The translations under genes and the position numbers were made by a program. 64,000 nt of DNA from Spirochaetota bacterium. GTDB taxonomy: Bacteria > Spirochaetota > UBA4802 > UBA5550. Position 1 is the first letter of the stretch. Every line of letters begins with the position of its first letter. The stretch spans positions 45 through 64,044 of the forward strand of contig WRGT01000071.1 of the NCBI GenBank assembly GCA_009787025.1, written 5' to 3'. Positions 46,791 through 56,722 of this stretch are shown piece after piece. The notes beneath the pieces were generated by a model. It was not told the origin of the DNA and searched no databases. It saw only the letters and a list, made by a program, of their open reading frames with translations.

Positions 46791-48722
46791 CTATAAGTTT
46801 ATCAGTATCTTTTTCGATTCCTTAGCAGCATTTGCTCCTGTACTTTTTTTAAAAATTGAAACTATCCCGGCAGAGTCCGAACCGCCGATAAAAATCCCAT
46901 ATCCATAGTGATTATTTGTCCCTGCAATAACAGTTCCGGTTTTGCCCCATAAACTCTTTTGAGATTCGCTGTCTTTATCTTTTGCAGTACCGTCTATAAA
47001 TGTTTTATGCAGAGCGTTAAAAATCATAACAAATTTTTCCGAAGAATGTTCCGTATTTTTTGCATAAATAAATCTGTTCAATTTCATTAAACCGGTTACG
47101 CTTATTGTTACATTAAAATTTAATCCGGCTAATATATATGGAAAATCGGATTTGTTATTAATCTCAGGTATATGCAATTTAATGCCATACTCTGCAATAA
47201 ATTTAGAAAGCCATCTATTAAAGTCGTCCCTGTCTATGTATCTATAGAGCGATGCAAAATATTTATTACACGAATGAGACAGAGCATTAACCAAGTTCAT
47301 TCTGCCGTGACCTTTTTTATACCAGCAATACTCAGGCATAGCTTTATCATCGTGCTTATCCGTGCATGTATATATATGATTATAAAACAGATCTGTTCGT
47401 TCATACGCCAAGTATATTGCCGCAAATAATTTGAAAATAGAACCGCACGGTATAATCCTGTTTCTGAAAGAATCTTTTAAATTACTTCTAATTGTTTCTT
47501 CGGTAGTATAATCAAAGACAATATAGTGAAATCTATAATCAACGGTATCATTATCTGCTTTGTATTGAATATCCGGATAGTAATGTTCAAGTATCTCATA
47601 ACGCGAATAGCCTCTCTCTGCAAGTTGAACCGCTCCTTCAAGACTCATGCCTGCGCCATGCCCAAGCCCGGAGCCGTTGAATATATAATCACCGTTTTTA
47701 TTTGCTAAAACATAATTGTTGCTTTTAATAAAATTCCAGCCCTTTACTCTATTGATTTTAAGACGAAAACTTTCAGGAGATACCTCTTCATCGCCTGCGC
47801 TTGTTGAAATAAATATTAACTCCCTCTCTCTGTCATACTTAATATCTTTTAATGAGACCGGTCTCTCCTTATACAATATATCCATGAGTTCAATCTCAGC
47901 GATAGACGCTTCCCAGCGCTTAAAATTATTTCTGCTCAGTACAAAATTCTCCGAAAAGATTACATCCTTTGGCGGCGGATAGACTCTCTCCTTATTATTG
48001 AATATATATTCGGTAAAGAGTCTGCCGCCGCTTGACGAATGAAAAAAGAGTCCGTCCTTTATATTATCTGTTTTAACGGATATGTCATCGCGAAAAGTCT
48101 TTCCGCTTAATCCTCTATATGTCTGGCAGCACGTAAGATCGCAAAAGTCATATCCATTGTGTTTGTTCTTCAAATATGGGAATTCTGATCTTGCTTTAAT
48201 AATATACGCAAGAGAGTAAAGCGCTTCTAAATTCTGCTCGGGAATATAACCAAGTTCGCTCCATGCCGAATCTAAGGCATATTGATCAACATCCTCTTCA
48301 ATTGAAAATTCAACCAAGTCTTTATTTGCATTGATAAAAAGCGGGAGCGGATATGTTCGCTTCTCTTCATTTAATTCAAATATAAAGAGAGACCTTATTT
48401 TTTTTGGATAGATTATTAAATTACTGTTTTTAATAATTCTATCATCGCCTTTTATTATAAAAGAATTGTTTACAAAAGAGAGAGATAATTTTTTACAATA
48501 AACTCTTCTGCCGTCTATATCAATATCGCTTCCGCCGGGGAACGACAATTCTATAGAACCTATATCTCCGCTCTTTAGTAATTTTACATATTTTAAAAAA
48601 ATAAGTATTTTTACTTTACTGCTCTTCTCTGACTTTTCGCCGTTTAGTCCCGTAAGAAGAGCAGTAAAAATGATAACACAAAACAGACAAAGGCTAAGAT
48701 TCCCTTTATTTCTGTTTCTCAT
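46791..48722 (-). CDS. membrane-anchored SpoIID/LytB-like domain fused to a penicillin-binding transpeptidase-like domain
   Basis: N-half motifs: WSELGY, DFCDLTCCQTYRG, FHSSSGG (SpoIID pattern). C-half motifs: SIFK (SxxK), SCN (SxN), KTGT (KTG). 17-nt overlap with the A2M gene. Confidence 0.65.
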   Translation of the reverse strand: MRNRNKGNLSLCLFCVIIFTALLTGLNGEKSEKSSKVKILIFLKYVKLLKSGDIGSIELSFPGGSDIDIDGRRVYCKKLSLSFVNNSFIIKGDDRIIKNSNLIIYPKKIRSLFIFELNEEKRTYPLPLFINANKDLVEFSIEEDVDQYALDSAWSELGYIPEQNLEALYSLAYIIKARSEFPYLKNKHNGYDFCDLTCCQTYRGLSGKTFRDDISVKTDNIKDGLFFHSSSGGRLFTEYIFNNKERVYPPPKDVIFSENFVLSRNNFKRWEASIAEIELMDILYKERPVSLKDIKYDRERELIFISTSAGDEEVSPESFRLKINRVKGWNFIKSNNYVLANKNGDYIFNGSGLGHGAGMSLEGAVQLAERGYSRYEILEHYYPDIQYKADNDTVDYRFHYIVFDYTTEETIRSNLKDSFRNRIIPCGSIFKLFAAIYLAYERTDLFYNHIYTCTDKHDDKAMPEYCWYKKGHGRMNLVNALSHSCNKYFASLYRYIDRDDFNRWLSKFIAEYGIKLHIPEINNKSDFPYILAGLNFNVTISVTGLMKLNRFIYAKNTEHSSEKFVMIFNALHKTFIDGTAKDKDSESQKSLWGKTGTVIAGTNNHYGYGIFIGGSDSAGIVSIFKKSTGANAAKESKKILINL

Positions 48723-51700
48723 CTTGAACGTCTAATGCCGCAGGCAGAGACCACCCTTGAATACTCTCTTCATACATACATTCAATCCTCGAAGGTCTCA
48801 TCATAAAAGACCCGGGAAGCTCAGCGCGCATTATATATGCTACTTCATATTCTCTATTTTTTTCGATATTAGTAAAAAAGAATACCATCCTGTTATCTCT
48901 TCTCTCAATATGTGAGTATGATTGATATTCGTTATAGGCGCTCTCTTTCACTACCTCAAAACCTGCCGGGAGGAAATCCTGCAAAATCATATATCCGAAC
49001 TTATCCACCGCTTTAAATTTAATCCTTACTAATAATTCATCTCCCACATTTATCTTACTCTTATCATCAATATTCTGAGGCACAAGGTACTCCTGCATCT
49101 TCATATCCTTAACCCTGTTTAGATATGATATTTCTCTCCTTGCAGTAACTCCATTAGAAAGAGCCTCTATGCCGCTCTTCTCGGATTTAAATAATGAGAA
49201 TACACCCTTAGGTTTAAAGTATAGAATACCTCTTAATGCTGCGGAATATGTTGTATGCGAAGAATCTGTTCCTGTCGCAGTGAGTTTATAGCTGTCTGAT
49301 TTTTTATTTTTATCTAATTTAATCTCCTTCTTAAGAGAACCCGGCGCGGAGTTAACGTTGTATGATATTTTCTCTAACCTCTCTCCATTCAATGAAAATT
49401 CAACTTCACCGGACTCTTTATAGCTCATACTATTTGCCGTAAGGTAATCGCAGAGTGCAAGGATTACTGTCCCCGATTCCTTCGTTGAACCCCAGTAGCC
49501 GTCTTTAAATCTCTTAGAGATCGATGCAACAGCCTGAGAGACTAAGGAAGATTTATCGCCGGAGCTTACTAAAGCGGACAGTACATGGGCTGTAATCTCT
49601 GTGTTGCTTCCGGGCCAATCCCATGACTGACCCTGTGCCGCGCTCCAGTATATGCCGTAAGAATCACGCTGTGAAGTTTCCTGTATCTTTTTATTAAGCA
49701 GCTTTAAAGCATCATTAACTTCAGCTTCTACATCCCTCTGTAAAACGCCCTTCCCTTTAATATTGTTTACAGCTTTAATCAAATTAGCCGCTTGATACGG
49801 ACCTAAATCCTTAGAATTTGCTACCCTTTTAAATACTGTGTAATTAAACTTTTTATATAATGAGTTTATGTAGGTTAAATAAGCTAACTCGTTGCTGCTC
49901 ATCTTACTCGGAGATTCAAATATACGATTCAAAGCGGTCTGCCCATTATTTAATACGCTATCGCTTACTTTATATCCGAATCCCTTTGCTTTAAAAAGTG
50001 AAAATATTGCAAAGCCTGTAGTATAGACATTACCTCTATCGCCTTCCCACCAGCCCCATGTGCCGTCGTAGTTTTGAGCCTTTTCCAAGCGGCTGATACC
50101 CTCCGGTATCATTGTATTAAGGTTCTTTTTAAGTTCATCGGGAATCACTTGAGAATAGTTCCCGGAAGAGAGAAGGTTTTGCATTGCAAGTATAGGTATT
50201 ATTTTATTGATTGTTTGTTCAACACATCCGTATGGATACCTGCTCAAGTATTCTACCGCTTTAATCATCTGCATAACAGGCGACGGATTAACATAAAGTA
50301 TTATCTCCTCAGGGACAAATTCAAAATCGTCGCTCCCTTTAACAGGTTTCAGCACAATCTCCCTGTTATTCTGCATATCTCCTGCGCCTGATATTACATA
50401 GCTTAAACCGCGTTTTTCAACAGGAATTGTATGTTTAACCGCGTCGCCCTTATTCCCGGATGTTGATTTAAATTCAAGAGCAACTGCGCTTTTATCTTCG
50501 GGAACCGTAAATGTATAACTTTTACTTGCAGAACCAAACTCAGGGAGACTCATCTTAAAGTCTTTATCAGCCTTAACAACCTTGCCGTCAATCTTCATCT
50601 CTGTTGTTATTTCACTCATGCCAGAATCTGTGTTATTATTAACAATCCCTATAATTCCTATTTTATCTCCTTCAACAAAAAATCTGGGCTTACCTATCCG
50701 TGCAATAAGATCCATAGTAGATAGAAATTTTTCCCTCACCTCGCCCATTCGTCCTTTAAGATCATGACCGCGCGCAGTAAGCCTCCATGTTGTAAGGTTA
50801 TCCGGAAGAGTAAATGAGATAGCAGCTTTTCCATCCTGGTCTGTCTTGATATTTGCAGTCCAGAAGGCAGTATCTTTAAAATTTTCTCTGACCTTAACCT
50901 CTCCGTCTTTTCCGCTTCCTGCTAAAAGCGTTATGGGATATGAATATGTAGTAATGACCCAGTTTGAAATCTTTGAATAGAAGAAACCTGAAATTTCAGG
51001 CGTTGCATCATATCTGATATAATAGATAGATTCATCTACCGCTGATAATGAAAGGTCTGCAGATACGGGTTTACCCGCAGAATCGACTACAGTAATACCT
51101 ATATTAGCTTTATCGCCCGGAAGATATTTTGCTTTATCAGGCTTAAGCGCAATGTCAAGCTTAACGTCTTCTACAGGTATTGTAACTTCGCTTCTTGTAG
51201 TATATAGTGCTCTCCCTCTCTGCATAACGCCGTTTATAAAAAGATTCGGAGCAAGTTTTGTATCTATATCAAATGTTACGGACACAGCATGTTTATCCAT
51301 TTTAATGACCTTTGTTTGATAAACATCTCGTCCTTCAAGTGACAGCATAACGTAAGAATCCGTAAATTTACTTTTAACCAAACATGTAATCTTGCCGCTC
51401 TTCTCCAGAGACGTTTTATTGAGGGTAACCTCAAGTTCTCTATATTTTGCGTCTTCGCTGCCGCCATAGTCGCTGTATATCCATATAACCTTCGAGCCTG
51501 TTATATTATTATTCCTTGAGTCAACACCTTGCGCTACAAGATTATACTCGCCATAGCCGTTAAAGTCGCGGGGAAGAGAAATCACGCCGTTACCATCCTT
51601 ATCGGTAGTTATCTTCTTTGAAAAGAATGGTCTGCTGTCCTGCACATAGACCCTTTGAACAGGTTTCCAAATATACTTAAACAGTTTTATTTCAAGGCTA

Positions 51701-54075
51701 GCGCTGACCGGCTTACCTGCATGCGTTGCAGTAAATACTTTAATATTCTTATCGCCCTTAGCATCAAAATAGTTTTCCTCAGGATTGAGTTTTATAAAGT
51801 ATTCTCCGCGTCCCACTCTGACAGTCTTACTTGTTGTTATTGTTATATTCGATTTATCCGTAACAGACGCCTCAAGCGTAATCTCCCTGTCGTATGGATA
51901 ATTTCCGGATGCAACTTTTATCAGAGCAGCGCCCCCTGCATCCGCATACTTCTCACCTTCAAGCTTAATCCTTGAATATGAACTGCTGCGGTTATATGTC
52001 TCGTCATAGCTGTTGTCCATATCTTCAATCTTTTTTTCAAAAATCGTATATTTAACAAGAGCGCCGTTAAGCGGAGCGCCGAAAAAATATTTAGCCTCAA
52101 CTTTAAACTCTGCCATATCGCCATTGATGAAAAAGTCCTTTGACGGAATTATATCAATTTTAAATTCCGGTTTTCTATACTGCTCAACATAAAATGACCC
52201 GCTCCCATAAAGGTTATCCTCCGAAAAACCGGCTTTGATAGTAAAATATCCAAGGCTAAAATTCTGCGGTATCTGTACTGATCCGTTTGCAGTTCCCCAC
52301 TCATCAAGGTTCAAACGACCTTCGGCGAGCTTCCCATCGGAACTATATGTCTGTATTGAGTAGTATAGAGTCTTGTTTTTAATCGGTTTAAATTTACCGT
52401 CGAGCGTCTTGGCGATTATCTTAAAGAAGAGTTTGTCTCCGGCTCTGTAAACCGGTCTATCGGTGTATATATACAGTTTATCCTTTTCCGAAGCATAATA
52501 GTTTGACGAACCGCTTGCGCAGATAGAGTAACTCCCCTCATCCGATACTGCAAGCATATACATCTCTTTTTGCGACGAAAGTTTTCCTGTGTATATGCCG
52601 TTCTCATCTGTTTTCCCTTTGGCTAAAACCGTTACAGGCAGATTTTCCAAAAGGAATAATTCGCGGGCTCCATCATAATCATATTCATTATTATTATCAT
52701 CTCTATCCTTGAGCTTTTCATTGTAAAATATAACGGAAATGTTTTTCAAAGGCTTATTCAGCACAAGGTCGGTAACATACGCAGTAACAGACTCAGGCGA
52801 TCTTTTAAGAACTACGCCGACATTTGTAACTGTAAAAAACTGGCGCGCCGAAGTATTCCCGCTGCCCTTTACTTCAATACAGTAACCGCCGGCAGGGAGA
52901 GGTTTATTTACCTTAACCGTATAATACATCCACTCATACGGATCAAAATTTTTGACAGATTCATCCCACTCCGTAACAGTCTTTAAACCCGAAGCGCCGG
53001 GATTTAAGGATTCCGGATCTCTTGCTCCTCCTATGAGTATGCTCGCAGGTACCTGATATATTTTAACATGAACAGTATCAAGCCTGAGACTTCTAAGATT
53101 AAACTCAATCTCATTTCCCGGAGTAAATGTATATCTGTAAGAATAGACCCTGATCTCGGGAGATTTTGCCTCAATATCAAAGTTAAGTCCGCTTACATTC
53201 TTACCTTCGGTTACGGTTATATTGGTCTTTTCGATTTTATTAAATCCCTGATGGGATAGTATTAAAGTATATGTCCCGGGTTTAATATCTTCCAGTTGAA
53301 ATGATCCGTCCTGAAAACTTTCATTAGAGTAGTTATATCTTCCCGATGCCGTAACATTTATATTTACAGCAGGTGAATTAATATCCTTGATATTAATCTT
53401 CCCTGATATTACTGCAGGCTTATACATGACCATAGCCAGATTAAATGATTCACCCTCTTTTATATTATTCAGACTTGCGCTCTCTGCAATATACCCGGAT
53501 TTACTGAATGTAACCATATAGTGTCCGGAAACGAGCTTATCTATTTTATAATTTCCATTGTTGTCGGATTTAACAAATCTTGGATTGAACGTAGATGAGT
53601 TGTAATAATAATCTCTGTTTACCTTAATCTCAACATCGGATAATGGCTTTCCGCTGCTGTCTTTAATAGTTCCGGTTATAATAGATTCGGGCTTAAGCCT
53701 TATATCATTCTTCACACGCGATAGACTGGCAGTTTCGGTATATGAAACATATCCGGGAGCCGTAATCTCAATATCATATTTTATATAGGCTATAAAATCA
53801 TTTATCTTATAATAACCGTTTCTATCCGTTTCTGTTTTATAATAGCCCACACCCCTGCTTGCATTCTTGAACTCAACCGTTGCGCCTTTAACAGGCTTGC
53901 GTGTACTGTAATCGGTTATAGTTCCTTCAATGTACGATTTTTCAAGCTTAGGTAAATTGTCCGTATAAACAGTATTGCCATCTTCGTTTACTACTCCGTC
54001 AGAAAACGCGCTGTCTATAAATATACTCCCGATAAAAAGTAAACAAGAAACAAATAATAATTTCAATCGTTTCAT
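48706..54075 (-). CDS. bacterial alpha-2-macroglobulin, thioester-containing (YfhM/ECAM-like)
   Basis: About 1790 aa with the thioester motif GCVEQ in RYPYGCVEQT. Three N-terminal CarboxypepD_reg-like domains. Signal/lipobox-like LLFVSC. Start set at ATG 54075 after GGAGGAG. Confidence 0.85.
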   Translation of the reverse strand: MKRLKLLFVSCLLFIGSIFIDSAFSDGVVNEDGNTVYTDNLPKLEKSYIEGTITDYSTRKPVKGATVEFKNASRGVGYYKTETDRNGYYKINDFIAYIKYDIEITAPGYVSYTETASLSRVKNDIRLKPESIITGTIKDSSGKPLSDVEIKVNRDYYYNSSTFNPRFVKSDNNGNYKIDKLVSGHYMVTFSKSGYIAESASLNNIKEGESFNLAMVMYKPAVISGKINIKDINSPAVNINVTASGRYNYSNESFQDGSFQLEDIKPGTYTLILSHQGFNKIEKTNITVTEGKNVSGLNFDIEAKSPEIRVYSYRYTFTPGNEIEFNLRSLRLDTVHVKIYQVPASILIGGARDPESLNPGASGLKTVTEWDESVKNFDPYEWMYYTVKVNKPLPAGGYCIEVKGSGNTSARQFFTVTNVGVVLKRSPESVTAYVTDLVLNKPLKNISVIFYNEKLKDRDDNNNEYDYDGARELFLLENLPVTVLAKGKTDENGIYTGKLSSQKEMYMLAVSDEGSYSICASGSSNYYASEKDKLYIYTDRPVYRAGDKLFFKIIAKTLDGKFKPIKNKTLYYSIQTYSSDGKLAEGRLNLDEWGTANGSVQIPQNFSLGYFTIKAGFSEDNLYGSGSFYVEQYRKPEFKIDIIPSKDFFINGDMAEFKVEAKYFFGAPLNGALVKYTIFEKKIEDMDNSYDETYNRSSSYSRIKLEGEKYADAGGAALIKVASGNYPYDREITLEASVTDKSNITITTSKTVRVGRGEYFIKLNPEENYFDAKGDKNIKVFTATHAGKPVSASLEIKLFKYIWKPVQRVYVQDSRPFFSKKITTDKDGNGVISLPRDFNGYGEYNLVAQGVDSRNNNITGSKVIWIYSDYGGSEDAKYRELEVTLNKTSLEKSGKITCLVKSKFTDSYVMLSLEGRDVYQTKVIKMDKHAVSVTFDIDTKLAPNLFINGVMQRGRALYTTRSEVTIPVEDVKLDIALKPDKAKYLPGDKANIGITVVDSAGKPVSADLSLSAVDESIYYIRYDATPEISGFFYSKISNWVITTYSYPITLLAGSGKDGEVKVRENFKDTAFWTANIKTDQDGKAAISFTLPDNLTTWRLTARGHDLKGRMGEVREKFLSTMDLIARIGKPRFFVEGDKIGIIGIVNNNTDSGMSEITTEMKIDGKVVKADKDFKMSLPEFGSASKSYTFTVPEDKSAVALEFKSTSGNKGDAVKHTIPVEKRGLSYVISGAGDMQNNREIVLKPVKGSDDFEFVPEEIILYVNPSPVMQMIKAVEYLSRYPYGCVEQTINKIIPILAMQNLLSSGNYSQVIPDELKKNLNTMIPEGISRLEKAQNYDGTWGWWEGDRGNVYTTGFAIFSLFKAKGFGYKVSDSVLNNGQTALNRIFESPSKMSSNELAYLTYINSLYKKFNYTVFKRVANSKDLGPYQAANLIKAVNNIKGKGVLQRDVEAEVNDALKLLNKKIQETSQRDSYGIYWSAAQGQSWDWPGSNTEITAHVLSALVSSGDKSSLVSQAVASISKRFKDGYWGSTKESGTVILALCDYLTANSMSYKESGEVEFSLNGERLEKISYNVNSAPGSLKKEIKLDKNKKSDSYKLTATGTDSSHTTYSAALRGILYFKPKGVFSLFKSEKSGIEALSNGVTARREISYLNRVKDMKMQEYLVPQNIDDKSKINVGDELLVRIKFKAVDKFGYMILQDFLPAGFEVVKESAYNEYQSYSHIERRDNRMVFFFTNIEKNREYEVAYIMRAELPGSFMMRPSRIECMYEESIQGWSLPAALDVQDEKQK

Positions 54076-54102
54076 TCTATTCTCCTCCATAAAAAACTGT
54101 CT

Positions 54103-54696
54103 TTATTTAATTGTAACTCCTTTGAATTTATAAAATCTACACTGGGAATTACCTGTAAGTTTCATTACTCTGGAAATTGTCCTGTACTCTGCAGGAACTA
54201 TTACCAGCTTTGATAAATCTTCACACTCAATAAAAAGACCATAGTTTGATATGTCAACACTATTAATATCATTGACAGGCTCAATATTAGACGCTATTGT
54301 TAAAATTATCTCCGTATCTTTAAATTCATGTTTTTCAAGGGGTTCATATCTCGGATCATACGACAAAGCTCCCTTAATATAATCCCTTAGTATGGCGTAG
54401 AAAGAACTTTTATTGTGATTAAAAGCGCCAAAACATCCGCGGACTTTTCTATTTTTTATAAGAGTAATAAACAAGCCTGTACAGTCAGGCTGCGCAGGCA
54501 AGGATATGTTAAGGTCAGGGGGAGTTTTGTCTTTGCTGAGAATGTTCCGGGCTGTATCTCTCATCCACTCTGCGAGTTGAGCTTTTTCTGCCGAATGAGA
54601 AAACTCTTCCCATCTGTCAATACATGAATCTGAGGCTGATATATTAAAGACTGCGAGAATACAAATTAAAGCGGCTGTTAAATTCTTGGCTTTCAT
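54103..54696 (-). CDS. exported AMMECR1-domain protein
   Basis: LFITLIKNRKVRGCFGAF and DPRYEPLEKHEF match AMMECR1 core motifs. N-terminal signal peptide AALICILAVFNISA. Confidence 0.65.
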   Translation of the reverse strand: MKAKNLTAALICILAVFNISASDSCIDRWEEFSHSAEKAQLAEWMRDTARNILSKDKTPPDLNISLPAQPDCTGLFITLIKNRKVRGCFGAFNHNKSSFYAILRDYIKGALSYDPRYEPLEKHEFKDTEIILTIASNIEPVNDINSVDISNYGLFIECEDLSKLVIVPAEYRTISRVMKLTGNSQCRFYKFKGVTIK

Positions 54697-54710
54697 TTTT
54701 CAATTGTTTT

Positions 54711-54872
54711 CTATGAATAATTCAAAAAATGTAACACTTGAGCCGCTGCTGTCATTTCTATAATGTCAGGTTCCTTTATTTTGCATAAATTCAACAACGG
54801 CATTACATCTCTAAATAATTTATCTATCCGTGATATCTCATGTTCTACTTTTATTCTTGCGGCTTCATCCAA
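54711..54872 (-). pseudogene. truncated HEPN-type partner of the upstream MNT gene
   Basis: 53-codon ORF (TTG start, 8-nt overlap with the MNT stop): LDEAARIKVEHEISRIDKLFRDV...AAAQVLHFLNYS*. It ends before any Rx4-6H motif. Confidence 0.45.
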
Positions 54873-55158
54873 TTTGAATAACCTCACCTATTCTATCCAA
54901 CATTGAATAAAAATCAGAATTTGCATCAAAATTTACCAAATCAATGTTATTTTCCAAGTCAAAATATAATTTAGAATATACTTCAAAAAATTTACCTTTG
55001 GGAAGCCCTTTAATACCAATATCAATATCCGACCCATCATGGTTTTTTCCGGTTACCAGCGAACCAAATAAATAAATTGATTGGCATCCTTCATTTTTGA
55101 GTATGCTTATGGCTATTTCTATATCTTTTTGATATTTTTGAGGAATATTGAGTTTCAT
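54865..55158 (-). CDS. MNT-type nucleotidyltransferase
   Basis: LFGSLVTGKNHDGSDIDIGI motif. 97 aa. Confidence 0.75.
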   Translation of the reverse strand: MKLNIPQKYQKDIEIAISILKNEGCQSIYLFGSLVTGKNHDGSDIDIGIKGLPKGKFFEVYSKLYFDLENNIDLVNFDANSDFYSMLDRIGEVIQIG

Positions 55159-55303
55159 ATTTAGACATTATATCTTTTTTTTATTCTGTCAACTATGTTT
55201 TTTGTATAATCTTTTCCTCAATGCTTCATAATGTTTTAGATGCCGAATGAGAAAACTCTTCAAATAAAATTTGTACATTGTAATTTGTAATCTGTAATTT
55301 GCC

Positions 55304-56530
55304 CTATATCTCCCATATTGGAACAGATATTACATTTTTGTCTATGGATGCAGTTTTTCCATACAGACAGATTACAGTTCCTGTTCCAATAGGCTTCTTG
55401 AAAACCGATATGTTATTAAAAGACTTATAGTCATCTGACCCGGGATTGGCGGTTTTCTTCACTTCTATTGGGTAGAGTGTCATATTCCTTTCAATTACAA
55501 AATCAACTTCTTTCTGGTCCGTATCACGATAGAAGTATATGTTAGGCTTGTCGCCGTTATGCCAGTAGGATTTCAAGATTTCCGCGAAAGCGTAAGTTTC
55601 GAGCATAGCCCCGCTCTGCGCTCCATTTCTAAGGGCATCTGCGCTATCCCACGAACAGAGATACGATGCCAGCCCTGTATCAAGAAAATAAAGCTTTGGA
55701 GTCTTTATGGTACGTTTTGCAATGTTAGAGCTATATGGATAAAGCAGTTGGACAATACCCGAGCGTTCCAGAATTTCAAGCCACAGCTTAGCAGTCCGCA
55801 AGTCTATATGAACATCGCGTGCGAGGTCGGAGTAATTGACAAGCTGTCCGGTCCTTGCAGACACAGCGACTAAAAAATTGTAAAAGTTCAACGCATTATC
55901 TATATTATAGAAGTCCTTTACATCCCTTTCAATGTAGGTTTGAATATATGAATCATAGAAAATTTTTCTTGCTTCCATCGCGTTTTTGTTAGTTATAATA
56001 CGCGGGAAAGAACCCTGCCAGACTTTTTGGAACAGTTCAGGCGAAGTCAAAGGTTTGCTTGAAGGATTTTTTTTCGCCAAATCAAGCGAAGGTAAAAACG
56101 GCACAGACTCCTTAGGCTTCTTTATGATTTCTTTGTATGAAAAACCGAGCATATTGAGTATGGCAACCCGTCCTGCCAAGCTTTCCCGTATCCCTTTCAT
56201 AAGGTGGTATTTCTGTGAGCCTGTCAGCCAAAACAATCCCTCCTTCCTGTTTTTATCCGCATAGATTTTGATGTATGTAAAAAGTTCAGGTGCATACTGC
56301 ACTTCATCTATTATCACAGGCGGCGGATTTTCTTCTATAAATCTCTGAGGATCGGATTTTGCCAATGCCCTTGCTTTAAGGTCATCAAGCGACACATATT
56401 TACGGCTCTTGCCTCCAAGATGTTCCATAATCCAGCTTTTGCCGATTTGCCTCATTCCGGTCAGCAGAAGCACAGGGAATCCCTTGCTTATTCTCTCTAT
56501 AACAGGCTCAATAGTTCTTTCAAATTCCAT
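55304..56530 (-). CDS. AAA-family ATPase with DUF4143-like C-terminal domain (second copy)
   Basis: Walker A GMRQIGKSW and Walker B VIIDEVQ. 408 aa, the same architecture as 19388-20605 but divergent in sequence. Confidence 0.8.
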   Translation of the reverse strand: MEFERTIEPVIERISKGFPVLLLTGMRQIGKSWIMEHLGGKSRKYVSLDDLKARALAKSDPQRFIEENPPPVIIDEVQYAPELFTYIKIYADKNRKEGLFWLTGSQKYHLMKGIRESLAGRVAILNMLGFSYKEIIKKPKESVPFLPSLDLAKKNPSSKPLTSPELFQKVWQGSFPRIITNKNAMEARKIFYDSYIQTYIERDVKDFYNIDNALNFYNFLVAVSARTGQLVNYSDLARDVHIDLRTAKLWLEILERSGIVQLLYPYSSNIAKRTIKTPKLYFLDTGLASYLCSWDSADALRNGAQSGAMLETYAFAEILKSYWHNGDKPNIYFYRDTDQKEVDFVIERNMTLYPIEVKKTANPGSDDYKSFNNISVFKKPIGTGTVICLYGKTASIDKNVISVPIWEI

Positions 56531-56542
56531 TAATTGCTCTTT

Positions 56543-56600
56543 CGTTTAATTTTACATAGATATGCTAAAATAAACGAGCGTTTAATTTTACATATCTATG
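56543..56600. promoter_or_regulatory. two 22-nt direct repeats in the promoter/5'-UTR of the second AAA ATPase
   Basis: CGTTTAATTTTACATAGATATG (56543-56564) and CGTTTAATTTTACATATCTATG (56579-56600). They differ by an inverted 4-nt core. Confidence 0.5.
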
Positions 56601-56722
56601 TCAATATACACGAATGTAGGGAAGATTGTCAAGCAGTAAATTCAATGTTATTTCCCGGATTTTATTTCACAGCCGCGCAGATAATTCTATATAATACTAG
56701 TAGGAATATTTTTCTTTCGCCT

